From: Nemertoderma westbladi
Lineage: Eukaryota > Animalia > Xenacoelomorpha
Length of the DNA stretch: 54,810 nucleotides
Assembly (NCBI GenBank): GCA_032718475.1
Contig: JAUCBJ010000698.1
Coordinates: forward strand, 1 to 54,810
Reading direction: 5' to 3'
Shown here piece after piece: positions 1 through 12,126 of the stretch (position 1 is its first letter; every line of letters begins with the position of its first letter). The notes under the pieces are model-generated. The model made no database searches and was not told the origin of the DNA. It saw only the letters and a list, made by a program, of their open reading frames with translations. The position numbers and the translations under genes were made by a program.

Positions 1-168
1 AAGAAGAGCATGCATAGTCCATGTGACACTGTATTAAAGAAGAGCAAAGTAACTTGCGGGAGTCGGTGTTCAAACTATTTTTATTTCTGTATAGAAACCT
101 AACCCTACTGTTAACTTTCGAGAAAATATTTTTCACAATCCTGTCATTTGAAAATGCGTCCAGCAGTC
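1..168 (-). mobile_element. L2/Crack-like LINE fragment (C-terminal part of RT ORF2), runs off window start
   Basis: Manual minus-strand translation gives LLDAFSNDRIVKNIFSKVNSRVRFLYRNKNSLNTDSRKLLCSSLIQCHMDYACSS, matching the K.N.R..FLYR...RKLL...LIQ.H.DYAC.SW pattern that follows RT in L2/Crack elements. Confidence 0.7.
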
Positions 169-304
169 TTTAGGCGGCATCAGATCCTGGTCTTGGCAAT
201 TAGATGTTGCTATAGCTATTTATAACAGCTCATTGATTGTGTGTGCATATTAGAAAGACTAAGTAGGTATGAGGTACCGATATCTTCGAGGTTCTCTGGG
301 GTGT

Positions 305-476
305 CCTGTCCTTCAAGGGGACACATTAGCACTCTTCCTCTTCAATATTGAGATTAACTATGTGCTGCGGACATCTCTCGATATTGACAATGCTGAAGAT
401 TGGGTGGTATTATGTCCACCATCATGTAGCCGAAGTCATGGGTCCTCAGCAGCTAACCGATCTTGAGTTTTCAGTT
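305..476 (+). mobile_element. Degenerate RTE-clade LINE reverse-transcriptase fragment
   Basis: VLQGDTLALFLFNIEINYVLRTSLD (ORF 269..466) then, in another frame, QLTDLEFS resemble the RTE RT motifs GVLQGDTLAP.LF.I..DYVLR and LTDLDFADD. Confidence 0.7.
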
Positions 477-3400
477 ACAGCAAACAGAATCCTCCACCCT
501 TTACAGCACTACAGCTCAACCATGGGTACACAAACAGAATCCTTCACCCTTTACAGCACTATAGCTCAACCATGGGTACGGCAAACAGAATCCTCCACCC
601 TTTACAGCACTATAGCTCAATCATGGGTACATCAAACAGAATCCTCCACCCTTTACAGCACTATAGCTCAACCATGGGTAGACAAACAGAATCCTCCACC
701 CTTTACAGCACTATAGCTCAACCATGGGTACAGCAAACAGAATCCTCCACCCTTTACAGCACTATAGCTCAACCATGGGTACATCAAACAGAATCCTCCA
801 CCATTTACAGCACTATAGCTCAACCATGGGTACTTCAAACAGAATCCTCCACCCTTTACAGCACTATAGTTCATCATTGGGTACAGCAAACAGAATCCTC
901 CACCCTTTACAGCACTATAACTCAACCATGGGTACAGCAAACAGAATCCTCCACCCTTTACAGCACTATAACTCAACCATGGGTACAGCAAACAGAATCC
1001 TCCACCCTTTACAGCACTATAGCTCAACCATGGGTACACAAACAGAATCCTCTAACCTTTACAGCACTATAGTTCAACCATGGGTACATCAAACAGAATC
1101 CTCCACCCTTTACAGCACTATAGCTCAACCATGGGTAGACAAACAGAATCCTCCACCCTTTACAGCACTATAACTCAACCATGGGTACATCAAACAGAAT
1201 CCTCCACCCTTTACAGCACTACAGCTCAACCATGGGTAGACAAACAGAATCCTCCACCCTTTACAGCACTATAGTTCATTATTGGGTGCAGCAAACAGAA
1301 TCCTCCACCCTTTACAGCACTATAGCTCAACCATGGGTACAGCAAACAGAATCCTCCACCCTTTACAGCACTATAGTTCATCATTGGGTGCAGCAAACAG
1401 AATCCTCCACCCTTTACAGCACTATAGCTCAAACATGGGTACACAAACAGAATCCTCTACCCTTTACAGCACTATAGTTCAACCATGGGTACATCAAACA
1501 GAATCCTCCACCCTTTAAAAGCACTATAGCTCAACCATGGGTACATCAAACAGAATCCTCCACCCTTTACAGCACTATAGCTCAACCATGGGTACATCCA
1601 ACAGAATCCTCCACCCTTTACAGCACTATAACTCAACCATGGGTACAGCAAACAGAATCCTCCACCCTTTACAGCACTATAGTTCATCATTGGGTGCAGC
1701 AAACAGAATCCTCCACCCTTTACAGCACTATAGCTCAACCATGGGTACAGCAAACAAAATCCTCCACCCTTTACAGCACTATAGCTCAACCATGGGTACA
1801 TCAAACAGAATCCTCCACCCTTTACAGCACTATAGCTCAACCATGGGTACATCAAACAGAATCCTCCACCCTTTACAGCACTATAGCTCAACCATGGGTA
1901 CGCAAACAGAATCCTCCACCCTTTACAGCACTATAGCTCAACCATTGCTACGCAAACAGAATCCTCCACCCTTTACAGCACTATAGCTCAACCATGGGTA
2001 CATCAAACAGAATCCTCCACCCTTTACAGCACTATAGCTCAACCATGGGTACATCAAACAGAATCCTCCACCCTTTACAGCACTATAGCTCAACCATGGG
2101 TACTTCAAACAGAATCATCCACCCTTTACAGCACTATAGCTCAACCATGGGTACATCAAACAGAATCCTCCACCCTTTACAGCACTATAGCTCAACCATG
2201 GGTACATCAAACAGAATCCTCCACCCTTTACAGCACTATAGCTCAACCATGGGTACAGCAAACAGAATCCTCCACCCTTTACAGCACTATAACTCAACCA
2301 TTGGTACACAAACAGAATCCTCCACCCTTTACAGCACTATAGCTCAACCATGGGTAGACAAACAGAATCCTCCACCCTTTACAGCACTATAGCTCAACCA
2401 TGGGTACAGCAAACAGAATCCTCCACCCTTTACAGCACTATAGCTCAACCATGGGTAGACAAACAGAATCCTCCACCCTTTACAGCACTATAGCTCAACC
2501 ATGGGTACATCAAACAGAATCCTCCACCCTTTACAGCACTATAACTCAACCATGGGTACATCAAACAGAATCCTCCACCCTTTACAGCACTATAGCTCAA
2601 CCATGGGTACAGCAAACAGAATCCTCCACCCTTTACAGCACTATAGCTCAACCATGGGTAGACAAACAGAATCCTCCACCCTTTACAGCACTATAGCTCA
2701 ACCATGGGTACATCAAACAGAATCCTCCACCCTTTACAGCACTATAGCTCAACCATGGGTACAGCAAACAGAATCCTCCACCCTTTACAGCACTATAACT
2801 CAACCATTGGTACACAAACAGAATCCTCCACCCTTTACAGCACTATAACTCAACCATGGGTACAGCAAACAGAATCCTCCACCCTTTACAGCACTATAGC
2901 TCAACCATTGGTACGCAAACAGAATCCTCCACCCTTTACAGCACTATAGCTCAACCATGGGTACATCAACCAGAATCCTCCACCCTTTACAGCACTATAG
3001 CTCAACCATGGGTACATCAAACAGAATCCTCCACCCTTTACAGCACTATAGCTCAACCATGGGTACATCAAACAGAATCCTCCACCCTTTACAGCACTAT
3101 AGCTCAACCATGGGTACTTCAAACAGAATCATCCACCCTTTACAGCACTATAGCTCAACCATGGGTACAGCAAACAGAATCCTCCACCCTTTACAGCACT
3201 ATAGCTCAACCATTGGTACACAAACAGAATCCTCCACCCTTTACAGCACTATAGCTCAACCATGGGTACGCAAACAGAATCCTCCACCCTTTACAGCACT
3301 ATAGTTCAACCATGGGTACTCAAACGGAATCCTCCACCCTTTACAGCACTATAGCTCAACCATGGGTACAGCAAACAGAATCCTCCACCCTTTACAGCAC

Positions 3401-4984
3401 TATAGCTCAACCATTGGTACACAAACAGAATCCTCCACCCTTTACAGCACTATAGCTCAACCATGGGTACGCAAACAGAATCCTCCACCCTTTACAGCAC
3501 TATAGCTCAACCATGGGTACGCAAACAGAATCCTCCACCCTTTACAGCACTATAGTTCAACCATGGGTACATCAAACAGAATCCTTCACCCTTTACAGCA
3601 CTATACAGCTCAACCATGGGTAGACAAACAGAATCCTCCACCCTTTACAGCACTATAGCTCAATCATGGGTTCACAAACAGAATCCTCCACCCTTTACAG
3701 CACTATAGCTCAACCATGGGTACACAAACAGAATCCTCCACCCTTTACAGCACTATAGTTCAACCATTGGTACACAAACAGAATCCTCCACCCTTTACAG
3801 CACTATAGCTCAACCCTGGGTAGACAAACAGAACCCTCCACCCTTTACAGCACTATAGCTCAACCATGGGTACATCAAACAGAATCCTCCACCCTTTACA
3901 GCACTATAGCTCAACCATGGGTACATCAAACAGAACCCTCCACCCTTTACAGCACTATAGTTCAACCATTGGTACACAAACAGAATCCTCCACCCTTTAC
4001 AGCACTATAGCTCAACCATGGGTACAGCAAACAGAATCCTCCACCCTTTACAGCACTATAGCTCAACCATGGGTACGCAAACAGAATCCTCCACCCTTTA
4101 CAGCACTATAGCTCAACCATGGGTACATCAAACAGAATCCTCCACCCTTTACAGCACTACAGCTCAACCATGGGTACGCAAACAGAATCCTCCACCCTTT
4201 ACAGCACTATAGCTCAACCATGGGTACAGCAAACAGAATCCTCCACCCTTTACAGCACTATAGCTCAACCATGGGTACAGCAAACAGAATCCTCCACCCT
4301 TTACAGCACTATAGCTCAACCATTGGTACACAAACAGAATCCTCCACCCTTTACAGCACTATAGCTCAACCATGGGTACATCAAACAGAATCCTCCACCC
4401 TTTACAGCACTATAGCTCAACCATGGGTACAGCAAACAGAATCCTCCACCCTTTACAGCACTATAGCTCAACCATGGGTACGCAAACAGAATCCTCCACC
4501 CTTTACAGCACTATAGCTCAACCATGGGTACAGCAAACAGAATCCTCCACCCTTTACAGCACTACAGCTCAACCATGGGTACACAAACAGAATCATCCAC
4601 CCTTTACAGCACTATAGTTCAACCATGGGTACATCAAACAGAATCCTCCACCCTTTACAGCACTATAGTTCAACCATTGGTACACAAACAGAATCCTCCA
4701 CCCTTTACAGCACTATAGCTCAACCATGGGTACATCAAACAGAATCCTCCACCCTTTACAGCACTATAGCTCAACCATGGGTACAGCAAACAGAATCCTC
4801 CACCCTTTACAGCACTATAGCTCAACCATGGGTACGCAAACAGAATCCTCCACCCTTTACAGCACTATAGCTCAACCATGGGTACAGCAAACAGAATCCT
4901 CCACCCTTTACAGCACTATAGCTCAACCATGGGTAGACAAACAGAATCCTCCACCCTTTACAGCACTATAGTTCATCATTGGGG
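477..4984 (+). repeat. Tandem satellite, 50/51-bp unit, about 89 copies
   Basis: Consensus ACAGCAAACAGAATCCTCCACCCTTTACAGCACTATAGCTCAACCATGGGT repeated head to tail; variation is concentrated in one short segment (acagca/acatca/acttca vs acaca/agaca/acgca). Confidence 0.98.
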
Positions 4985-5454
4985 TATCAATAAAAAAATT
5001 TCAAATTTTTTTTATACAATTGTTTTATTGATTTTAAACACGTTTTAGAATGATTCCATGCGTTCTAAATAGAATCCAAATTTTTTCTAAAAAATGTTAT
5101 AGAACAAAAAATATTTGTTCTAGAATATAATGTTTTTTAAAATGAATAGCTAACATGTTCTGGAACGTTTTACGTCCATTTTGCAAATTGCAGCAAATGA
5201 AAATTTATAGAACTCACCCCATATTGCCATATCAAAATAATGTAAAATAAAACTGGCCTGTTTTTAAGAGGCCACTCCAAGTAACCTGTTTAGGCCGTAT
5301 AAATATACTGTAGTAGGCCATGATTGTATTAGTGTTTCCAATGGAAGCTACATAGTTGAAATTCGAAATACTCACCTAGCTGTTTAGGCTAGACTTCGTG
5401 ACCCGACCCACCCCCACGCACGCCCACACCTTCACCTTGTCACCTTTCAGTTTT

Positions 5455-6465
5455 TCTATTCAGTCAATTAAATGGGAAGAAGAAGAGTTTGCTTCATGTA
5501 GAACAGTGGACGATTTCTTCCTAGCATTTAGCAAGGTTATGAAAAGTGGTATAAATACTTATATTCCTTACAAGGAATTTTGTAACGATAGCAACCAAAA
5601 GAAGTACCCTCATTACGTCAAGATTTTACAGAAAGCAAAGAAACGCTTGTGGCGCAGGCGTCACTCGGAAGGCGGTATGGCTGCGTATAAATGTGTTGCA
5701 GCGCAAGCTTCCCGCGCCGCTCACCGTGCTGACTGCGAGCGGGAAATCCGGATTCTCAGTTCTGGAAACACAAATGCGATCTTTCGGTACCTGAAGAAAA
5801 AGAACTCCAACAGATCGGACATTGGCCCCCTGAAATACAAAGGTGAAACAGTAATTGATGACGAAACTAAGGCTACCATTTTTTCCTCTGTCTTTTCAGA
5901 AAATTTTACCCCTGACAATAATGTGCCTTTAAATTTTAACCGCAAAGTACCCTATAATGTTAATTTATCTTCTGTTGATTTTAATCCTGTAAATGTTTTA
6001 ACTTTTTTACATAAACTAGCTCCGAAACACAGTTCCACCCCGGACGGGTTCCCGGCTATTCTATTTTCTAAACTAGCTTGTACCATAGCAGCGCCCTTAT
6101 CAGTTATTTTCCGTGTCTCTTTTGAATCGCACGCCCTTCCATCTGTTTGGCTCACTGCCTACATTATACCTGTATTTAAAAAGGGCGATTCATCAGGCCC
6201 TTATAATTACAGACCTATCTCCCTCACGTGCATAACCTGTAAGATAATGGAAATGGTAATTAAAGATGCTTTGATAAATTACCTGTTAACAAACAAATTA
6301 ATTACCCGGGCACAACACGGTTTTTTAAAGAGAAAAAGTACATGTACACAATTATTAGATTGTCTTTCCGATTGGTGCAAACTTATAGATAAGCGTAAAA
6401 ATGTTGATGTAATATATGTAGATTTCTCTAAAGCGTTCGATTCTGTCGTACATAGTAAACTTCTG
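5455..6465 (+). mobile_element. CR1-like LINE, 5'-truncated ORF2, upstream half (interrupted at 6465)
   Basis: Motifs TPDGFP, IIPVFKKGDSSGPYNYRPISLTCITCKIME, QHGFLKRKSTCTQLL, VDVIYVDFSKAFDSVVH. Confidence 0.9.
6410..6465 (+). repeat. 56-bp target-site duplication, left copy (right copy 10210-10265)
   Basis: TAATATATGTAGATTTCTCTAAAGCGTTCGATTCTGTCGTACATAGTAAACTTCTG occurs identically at 6410 and 10210, bracketing the inserted LINE. Confidence 0.95.
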
Positions 6466-6552
6466 CGCTACTCTGCTACTGCCCTACTGACCTACAAATT
6501 TTGCTACCGGTACTTCTGTATTACTACTGCACTATCTGATTATTATTGCGAT

Positions 6553-7326
6553 ATGGTGGAAGCCGCGAAGTTTATAGCGCTTCAAGATGATATCTTTCGT
6601 TTAGTTCAATCTTTCAAGCGAAAGAAATCAGTAACTGTCGACGAAGAGAAATCAGTATCCGAAAAACTTATCGCCATGAGCTCTATGTACACGGTAACCC
6701 TCGGTAAACTCGCCGAATCTCGCGAGGAAACAATTGCTGCAAAGAACGAGCTCCTCCACGCCAAAACGGTTCCGGTTCCAACATCGAGCCCTCCGGTTCG
6801 GGGCTGGGAATCAACCCCAACCTCATACGTCCGCCGCGAATCTAACCTCACTAGGCTACCTACAGGACCTCGCACACCTCGACCAGAATCTCTTCGCGGG
6901 AACAAGGTTGGTGGCACTCTCAGAGTTCCCCAGCTCCAACAGAAAACGCCAACAGTCCGAAAGGCTCACATCCACATAGGCAGACTAGATCCGTCCGTCA
7001 CCGCCGAGGAGGTTAGCAACTACCTAACCAAGGAGGAACTCCCCTTCGAGGAAGTAATACCCATCATTCCAAGAACAGACTCCCCGTTTATTAGCTTCCA
7101 CGTGATCTGTGATCAAGTCGATCGAGATTCCTTAATGAACCCCGATGCCTGGGGTGCAGGCATCAGCATCCGGAACTACGCACTCAATGACGAAGAACGT
7201 GTTCGATATGGACTCAAACCTCGATTACTCAACCCAAACCCGGTCCCTTTACCACAGACAGCCGCAAATTCAGCTACCGCGGTCTCGGGGGACGACAACC
7301 TCACCCGCAACCCACCCCCTCCATAG
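6553..7326 (+). CDS. LINE ORF1 (257 aa; helical N-terminus plus RRM-like domain)
   Basis: ATG at 6553 (MVEAAKF...); IHIGRLDPSVTAEEVSNYL...ISFHVIC...PDAWGAGISIRNY resembles the RRM-type domain of invertebrate LINE ORF1 proteins. Confidence 0.8.
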   Translation: MVEAAKFIALQDDIFRLVQSFKRKKSVTVDEEKSVSEKLIAMSSMYTVTLGKLAESREETIAAKNELLHAKTVPVPTSSPPVRGWESTPTSYVRRESNLTRLPTGPRTPRPESLRGNKVGGTLRVPQLQQKTPTVRKAHIHIGRLDPSVTAEEVSNYLTKEELPFEEVIPIIPRTDSPFISFHVICDQVDRDSLMNPDAWGAGISIRNYALNDEERVRYGLKPRLLNPNPVPLPQTAANSATAVSGDDNLTRNPPPP

Positions 7327-7352
7327 CGCTCCCCCAATCGATTAAACTCTCT

Positions 7353-10116
7353 GTGTGGAACGTCGAAGGTCTACAGTTTATTCTAGATAACCTGACCCCG
7401 GATGAGCTATTTATTAATGACGATGTATTATTACTAACTGAAACATTTTATTCGAAATCAACTTTGTGTAATGTAAATAACTATTATCCATTTATAGAAC
7501 CAGCCGTCACTCAAAGAAGGGGGCGCCCTTCAGAGGGACTCTCTATCTTATGCAAACCTAACTTAGATCCATCTCTTATCGCAACAGAAAAACAGTTCAT
7601 TATCATCAACACTCGGGCATCCAACATAGCGGTTTTCTACTTCAATCCAAACCACCAGGTTGAAGACGTTATTCTCTTCATCGCAGGCGCTCTTGCACAA
7701 ACTGATCCAAACAAAACCACTATAATCGGTGGGGATTTCAACTGCCGTCTCGACTCCGGCGACCGGGGTTCTAAGCTCAGCGACTATCTGTCCAACCTAG
7801 GGTTTATATGTTTAAACGACCCAACCGTAGCAACTTATTGCTCTCCACAGGGAACGAGTTGTATTGACCTAGTGTTCGTAAGACTCCTGGGTCCTACCAA
7901 TCAGACGCATACAATAACTGTAACCACTAACCCGATCCGAAAACACCAACGCGTTACAGCAACAATTTATATTCCCGACCCTCTTATAGATATAGACTAT
8001 CGACCTCCCATGTTAAGCCGAAAGATCGACATTAATAAACTTGGGGTACACCCAACTATATTGGCCAGTGGAATCAGCAATGCTCTGGAAGACTCAGATA
8101 TTGACCTAGCGACTACACTACTGACACAAACACTAACGGAATCGACGATCCCTAAGAAACCACAACAATCCGCTGGTAAACCGTGGTTCGATACTGACTG
8201 CCAACGACTTAAGCGTTCCCTCTTACTGGCAATGACGAGACGCGAACAGTCTAGCGACGACAATAAGGAATTCTGGAATCAACGTAAACAGTATAAGAAG
8301 CTAATCAAAACGAAACGACAGGAGTACGAGGACAACTGCCTCTTACAAAAACTCAATAAAGCCGAGGTGAAACCTTGGCTCCTATTTAAGGATACACAAT
8401 CCTCAGTCGCCCCCATAGATTCCACAAGGCTGGAGTCCCACTTCTCCAACCTCGTCGGTACCCCTAACATCCCGCCATCCTGCCCAACCGTTCCCGACTC
8501 TTCCGACAGTGAGCGAACCTCCGCTGAATGGTTCAATGAACCAATCACAGCCGAGGAAGTTGCGGCAACCATCCGCGATTCTGCGAACAATAAATCCTGC
8601 GGCCCCGATCAACTGTTCTATGAACACCTAAAGTCCACCATCGTATTTATTCTAGTCCCCTTAACACTCTTATACAATGCCTGTATTAACCTCGGGAAAT
8701 TACCAACACTGTGGTATCAGAGTATCATAAAGATCCTTTACAAACGAAAAGGTTCTGTAACAGATCCAGATAATTATAGAGGAATCGCTCTCCTCTCGGT
8801 TCTCCTGAAATTATTTACATCAATAATTAATAAGCGAATTCGCCTACACGTAATCCACCTAATACCCGGGGTCCAATACGGATTTATGCAGGGGAGGTCT
8901 ACTCGCCACGCGGTGGAGCAACTTCTTGCCGATATCTCGGCGAACTGGCTCCGGCAAGCGATTTGTTTTTGTCGCGTTCGTCGACTTCCGGAAGGCGTTT
9001 GATGTTGTCCCAAGGGCAGTTCTTCTTTACAAGTTATATAACTTTGGTATTAAAGGGAAGATTTACGGTATAATTAAAGATCTACTAAACAATGACATCC
9101 GAATATACGACGGACTCCGTCTATCGAAAACCATTAAGCAACTTCGCGGAATCCTCCAGGGTGATTGTCTATCCCCAACGTGTTTTATAATATTTATCGC
9201 TGATCTCGCCCACACAATACTTAGGGTGTGTCGATTTATTAAACTGATATTCTACGCAGATGATCTGGCACTGTATTCCGATGACCGCGAGGAACTACAA
9301 CGCGCTCTCGATACGTTATATGATTGGTGCCTCCTAAACGGAATGACTGTAAACTTAAAGAAAACTAAAATTATTAAATTCCGTAAAGCCGGGCGTCTAG
9401 CTCGCGCAGACAAGTTTACCTACAATAACACTCCCATAGAAATCGTCAACCGTTACGAGTATCTCGGACTAGTCCTTCAACCGTCCCTCTGCTTCTCTGA
9501 GCACATCCAGTTAAAGAAAGCCACTGCTTATTCAACGATCGGTTCACTGACACATCTCCGTTTACTCTCTATTGAAACAGGACTAAAAATATTCAACATG
9601 AAAATTGCCCCTTCAGCACTCTACCTAATAACTAGTATTGGTAAATACCTAACATTACAGAACCTTAAAGAATTGGATAAAATAAAGACGCAACACATCA
9701 AAAGAATGTTGTCTCTCCACACATCAGCCTCCTCTACACTCGCTCTAAACTTGATTAACGAACCTCCATTTATGGCCGCAGTACTATTGAAATATCCAGA
9801 CTTATTAACTGATGACGTCTCCTCCAGATACCGCGAGCACCGACGCAAACGCAACAACAACTTCATCACAGAATCTTTCCTGGACGGCCCCGGATTCCAG
9901 AGCTCCCATTGGAAAATGGCTGGTCAGCGTAACAGGCACGTTATTACTCGTGCGACCGCCCATGGGTTCCACCACCTAATCTGCGTCAACCAAACGCCTT
10001 TCCACTCGCTATCCACCGAATGTATATGTCAGTACTGTAACCTCCCATGTACACGACGATATCATGCACTGAACTGCAGCGACTGCCCTCCACTTTCCCG
10101 TCTCGCATCTCAATAA
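7353..10116 (+). CDS. LINE ORF2 (APE endonuclease, RT, CCHC-like finger) with one frameshift near 8940-8955
   Basis: WNVEGL, LTET, GDFN, IDLVF (endonuclease); PWFD, GPDQ, NYRGIALL, QYGF; second frame VDFRKAFD, QGDCLSP, YADD, YEYLG; C-terminal CICQYCNLPCTRRYHALNC. Confidence 0.88.
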
Positions 10117-10209
10117 CTAATAATTGTATTCAATTTATTTTCTATTTATTTATGTACATAAATTTTACTGGTTTCCATTTACCCCGCCTGGGGGTGTATC
10201 GAATTAATA

Positions 10210-11305
10210 TAATATATGTAGATTTCTCTAAAGCGTTCGATTCTGTCGTACATAGTAAACTTCTGTGTAAATTATCGGGGTATGGTGTTTGTGGGAGTCT
10301 ATTAGATTGGTTTAAAGCATTTTTATCCAACAGATCTCAGCAAGTTTTGGTGGGCAATATGTTTTCACAGGTTTGTGCAGTTATCTCTGGTACGCCGCAA
10401 GGCAGTGTTATCGGACCTTTACTTTTTATGTTATTTATCAACGACTTACCTGACCTTCTTTTACCAGTTAGTGCCAAGTTACTGTATATGCCGATGATGT
10501 GAAAATATATTCCTCCTCTGATCAGCGAAATTATATTGTCACTGCTCTTCGGCAACTGGAGACTTGGGCGTCAGAATGCCAGCTAAACTTAGCTGCTCAT
10601 AAATGTTTTGCGGTTTATATTGGTGCGACTAATCCTAAGCATATATATTTTTTAAACAGTGCTGTGCTTAAATCTGAATCCTCCTGTAAAGATCTTGGCC
10701 TTTTAATTGCCCCTGATCTCAAGTTTAATATTTACTGCAAGGCTCAGGTTGCGAAAGCCTTTAGAGTAATTAACATGCTTTTTAGAAACATTGTCTCCAC
10801 AAACAAGTCGGCTTTACTAACAGCATATAAATCTATGGTGCGTCCTCTACTTGAATATTGTACCCCTGTGTGGTCTCCGTTTACAAAGAGATTTATAAAC
10901 CTCGTGGAACGTGTACAACGGTACTTCTGTAGGCGACTCTTTCTTAGGTGAAATCTGTCCCCCGCTACTTATATTGATCGCTTACATTTTTTGAATTTGC
11001 AGCCGCTAGAGGTACGTAGACATGTTTTCGATTTAAAGATGGTCTACCGTATAAAACACGGACTGGTAGATCTTGAGAGCGCCCAGTACTTTTCTGAGCC
11101 GCCTCGTTCAGGTCTGAGAGGCCACAACCAAAAGCTTTTTGTACCTCGCTGTCGGCTGCAGATATACAAACATTATTTTTCAAATCGTGTTGTGCCGCTC
11201 TGGAACTCCTTGCCGTCTGAAACTGTTGGTGCAAAATCAATTTCAATATTTTCTCATTTGCTACTTGATTTCGATTTTATGCCTTTCTGTAACTTTGATA
11301 TCTGA
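10210..11305 (+). mobile_element. CR1-like LINE ORF2, downstream half, pseudogenised
   Basis: Resumes with YVDFSKAFDSVVHSKLL, SGTPQGSVIGPLLF; YADD motif frameshifted near 10490; DLGLL, VRPLLEYCTPVWSP, TGA at 10949-10951, RGH..KL, FSNRVVPLWNSLP. Confidence 0.9.
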
Positions 11306-12065
11306 TATTATTACTTTATCTGATATAATTTAATTATTGTTCATATCATCCATGGTCCAAATTTTAGTTTTACTTATACCCAATTTCTTACCGTCCTGAG
11401 TGTAGCTGAAATGATTTTATTTCTGAAAATTTTTATAAATCCGTTTTTCTTCAAAATTGTTATTGCTGTTTTTACATGTGTTTTCATTGTATCGTCCGAA
11501 ATTCTACATCCTACTGTATGTATACTCATAAATCTACTGTATGTATAGTGAACTTTAAACCTACACTGTAAGTGCCTGGTGCCTAGTGGTGGTCTCCCTC
11601 TAACGTGTTTTATTTGTTTGTATAAATTGTTGTATTTTTTACCATTAAAGAGCGCTAATAATTCCACTCGTTTGCTTATCCTCATAGGTTATTCGTATAC
11701 AGTATGTTCTGTTCCCACCAAGCTGCCAACACAACTATTATTATATTTAATATCTTGGGAAGGGGCATTGGCATCTAATGAGAAAACACTGGATTCAAAT
11801 AATTAATTATTTAGAAGGCCTGTTATTGGCTGAGCTGAGTTGAGGCTTCCCTGGATTCAGTCTCATTTTAGTACTAGCCGTACTAGTACTAGTACAGTAC
11901 TAGCCTATGTCAGTATGTCCAGTGTCCAGATGTCTGTATGTAGTGTCAGAGTGTAGTACAGTAATTAGGTATAGCAGTACTGCAGTATAGTACCGCAACC
12001 GCAGTACCGGTACCTGTAGTTATCTGTGTATTACATCAGTACATAGGCCTCTACAAGTATAGGCC

Positions 12066-12126
12066 TACTGCTGTACTGCCTACAGTCTGACAATACTGCT
12101 GTACTGCCTACAGTCTGACAATACTG
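12066..12126 (+). repeat. 28-bp tandem duplication
   Basis: TACTGCTGTACTGCCTACAGTCTGACAA repeated twice plus a partial third copy. Confidence 0.8.

Larger units (their letters stand above)
6466..10209 (+). mobile_element. Apparently full-length APE-type LINE (RTE/RTEX-like; clade uncertain) nested in the CR1-like element
   Basis: Bounded by the 56-bp duplication; short 5' UTR, ORF1, ORF2 (APE endonuclease, RT, C-terminal Cys/His finger), about 90-bp 3' UTR. Confidence 0.9.

Noticed and set aside
348-4971. Dozens of repetitive ORFs on both strands
   Set aside because: By-products of a 50/51-bp tandem unit with stop-free frames; frames switch at every 50-bp unit, so no coherent protein is encoded.
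477-4984. CRISPR-like appearance of the array
   Set aside because: No unique spacers, no cas genes, and a eukaryotic context.
7280-7326. Possible 2A-like peptide at the end of LINE ORF1 (SGDDNLTRNPPPP)
   Set aside because: Does not fit D(V/I)ExNPGP and is followed directly by a stop.
5398-7326. 642-aa ORF as a single genuine gene
   Set aside because: The 56-bp duplication shows it is a junction of two different LINEs; kept only as a low-interest finding.
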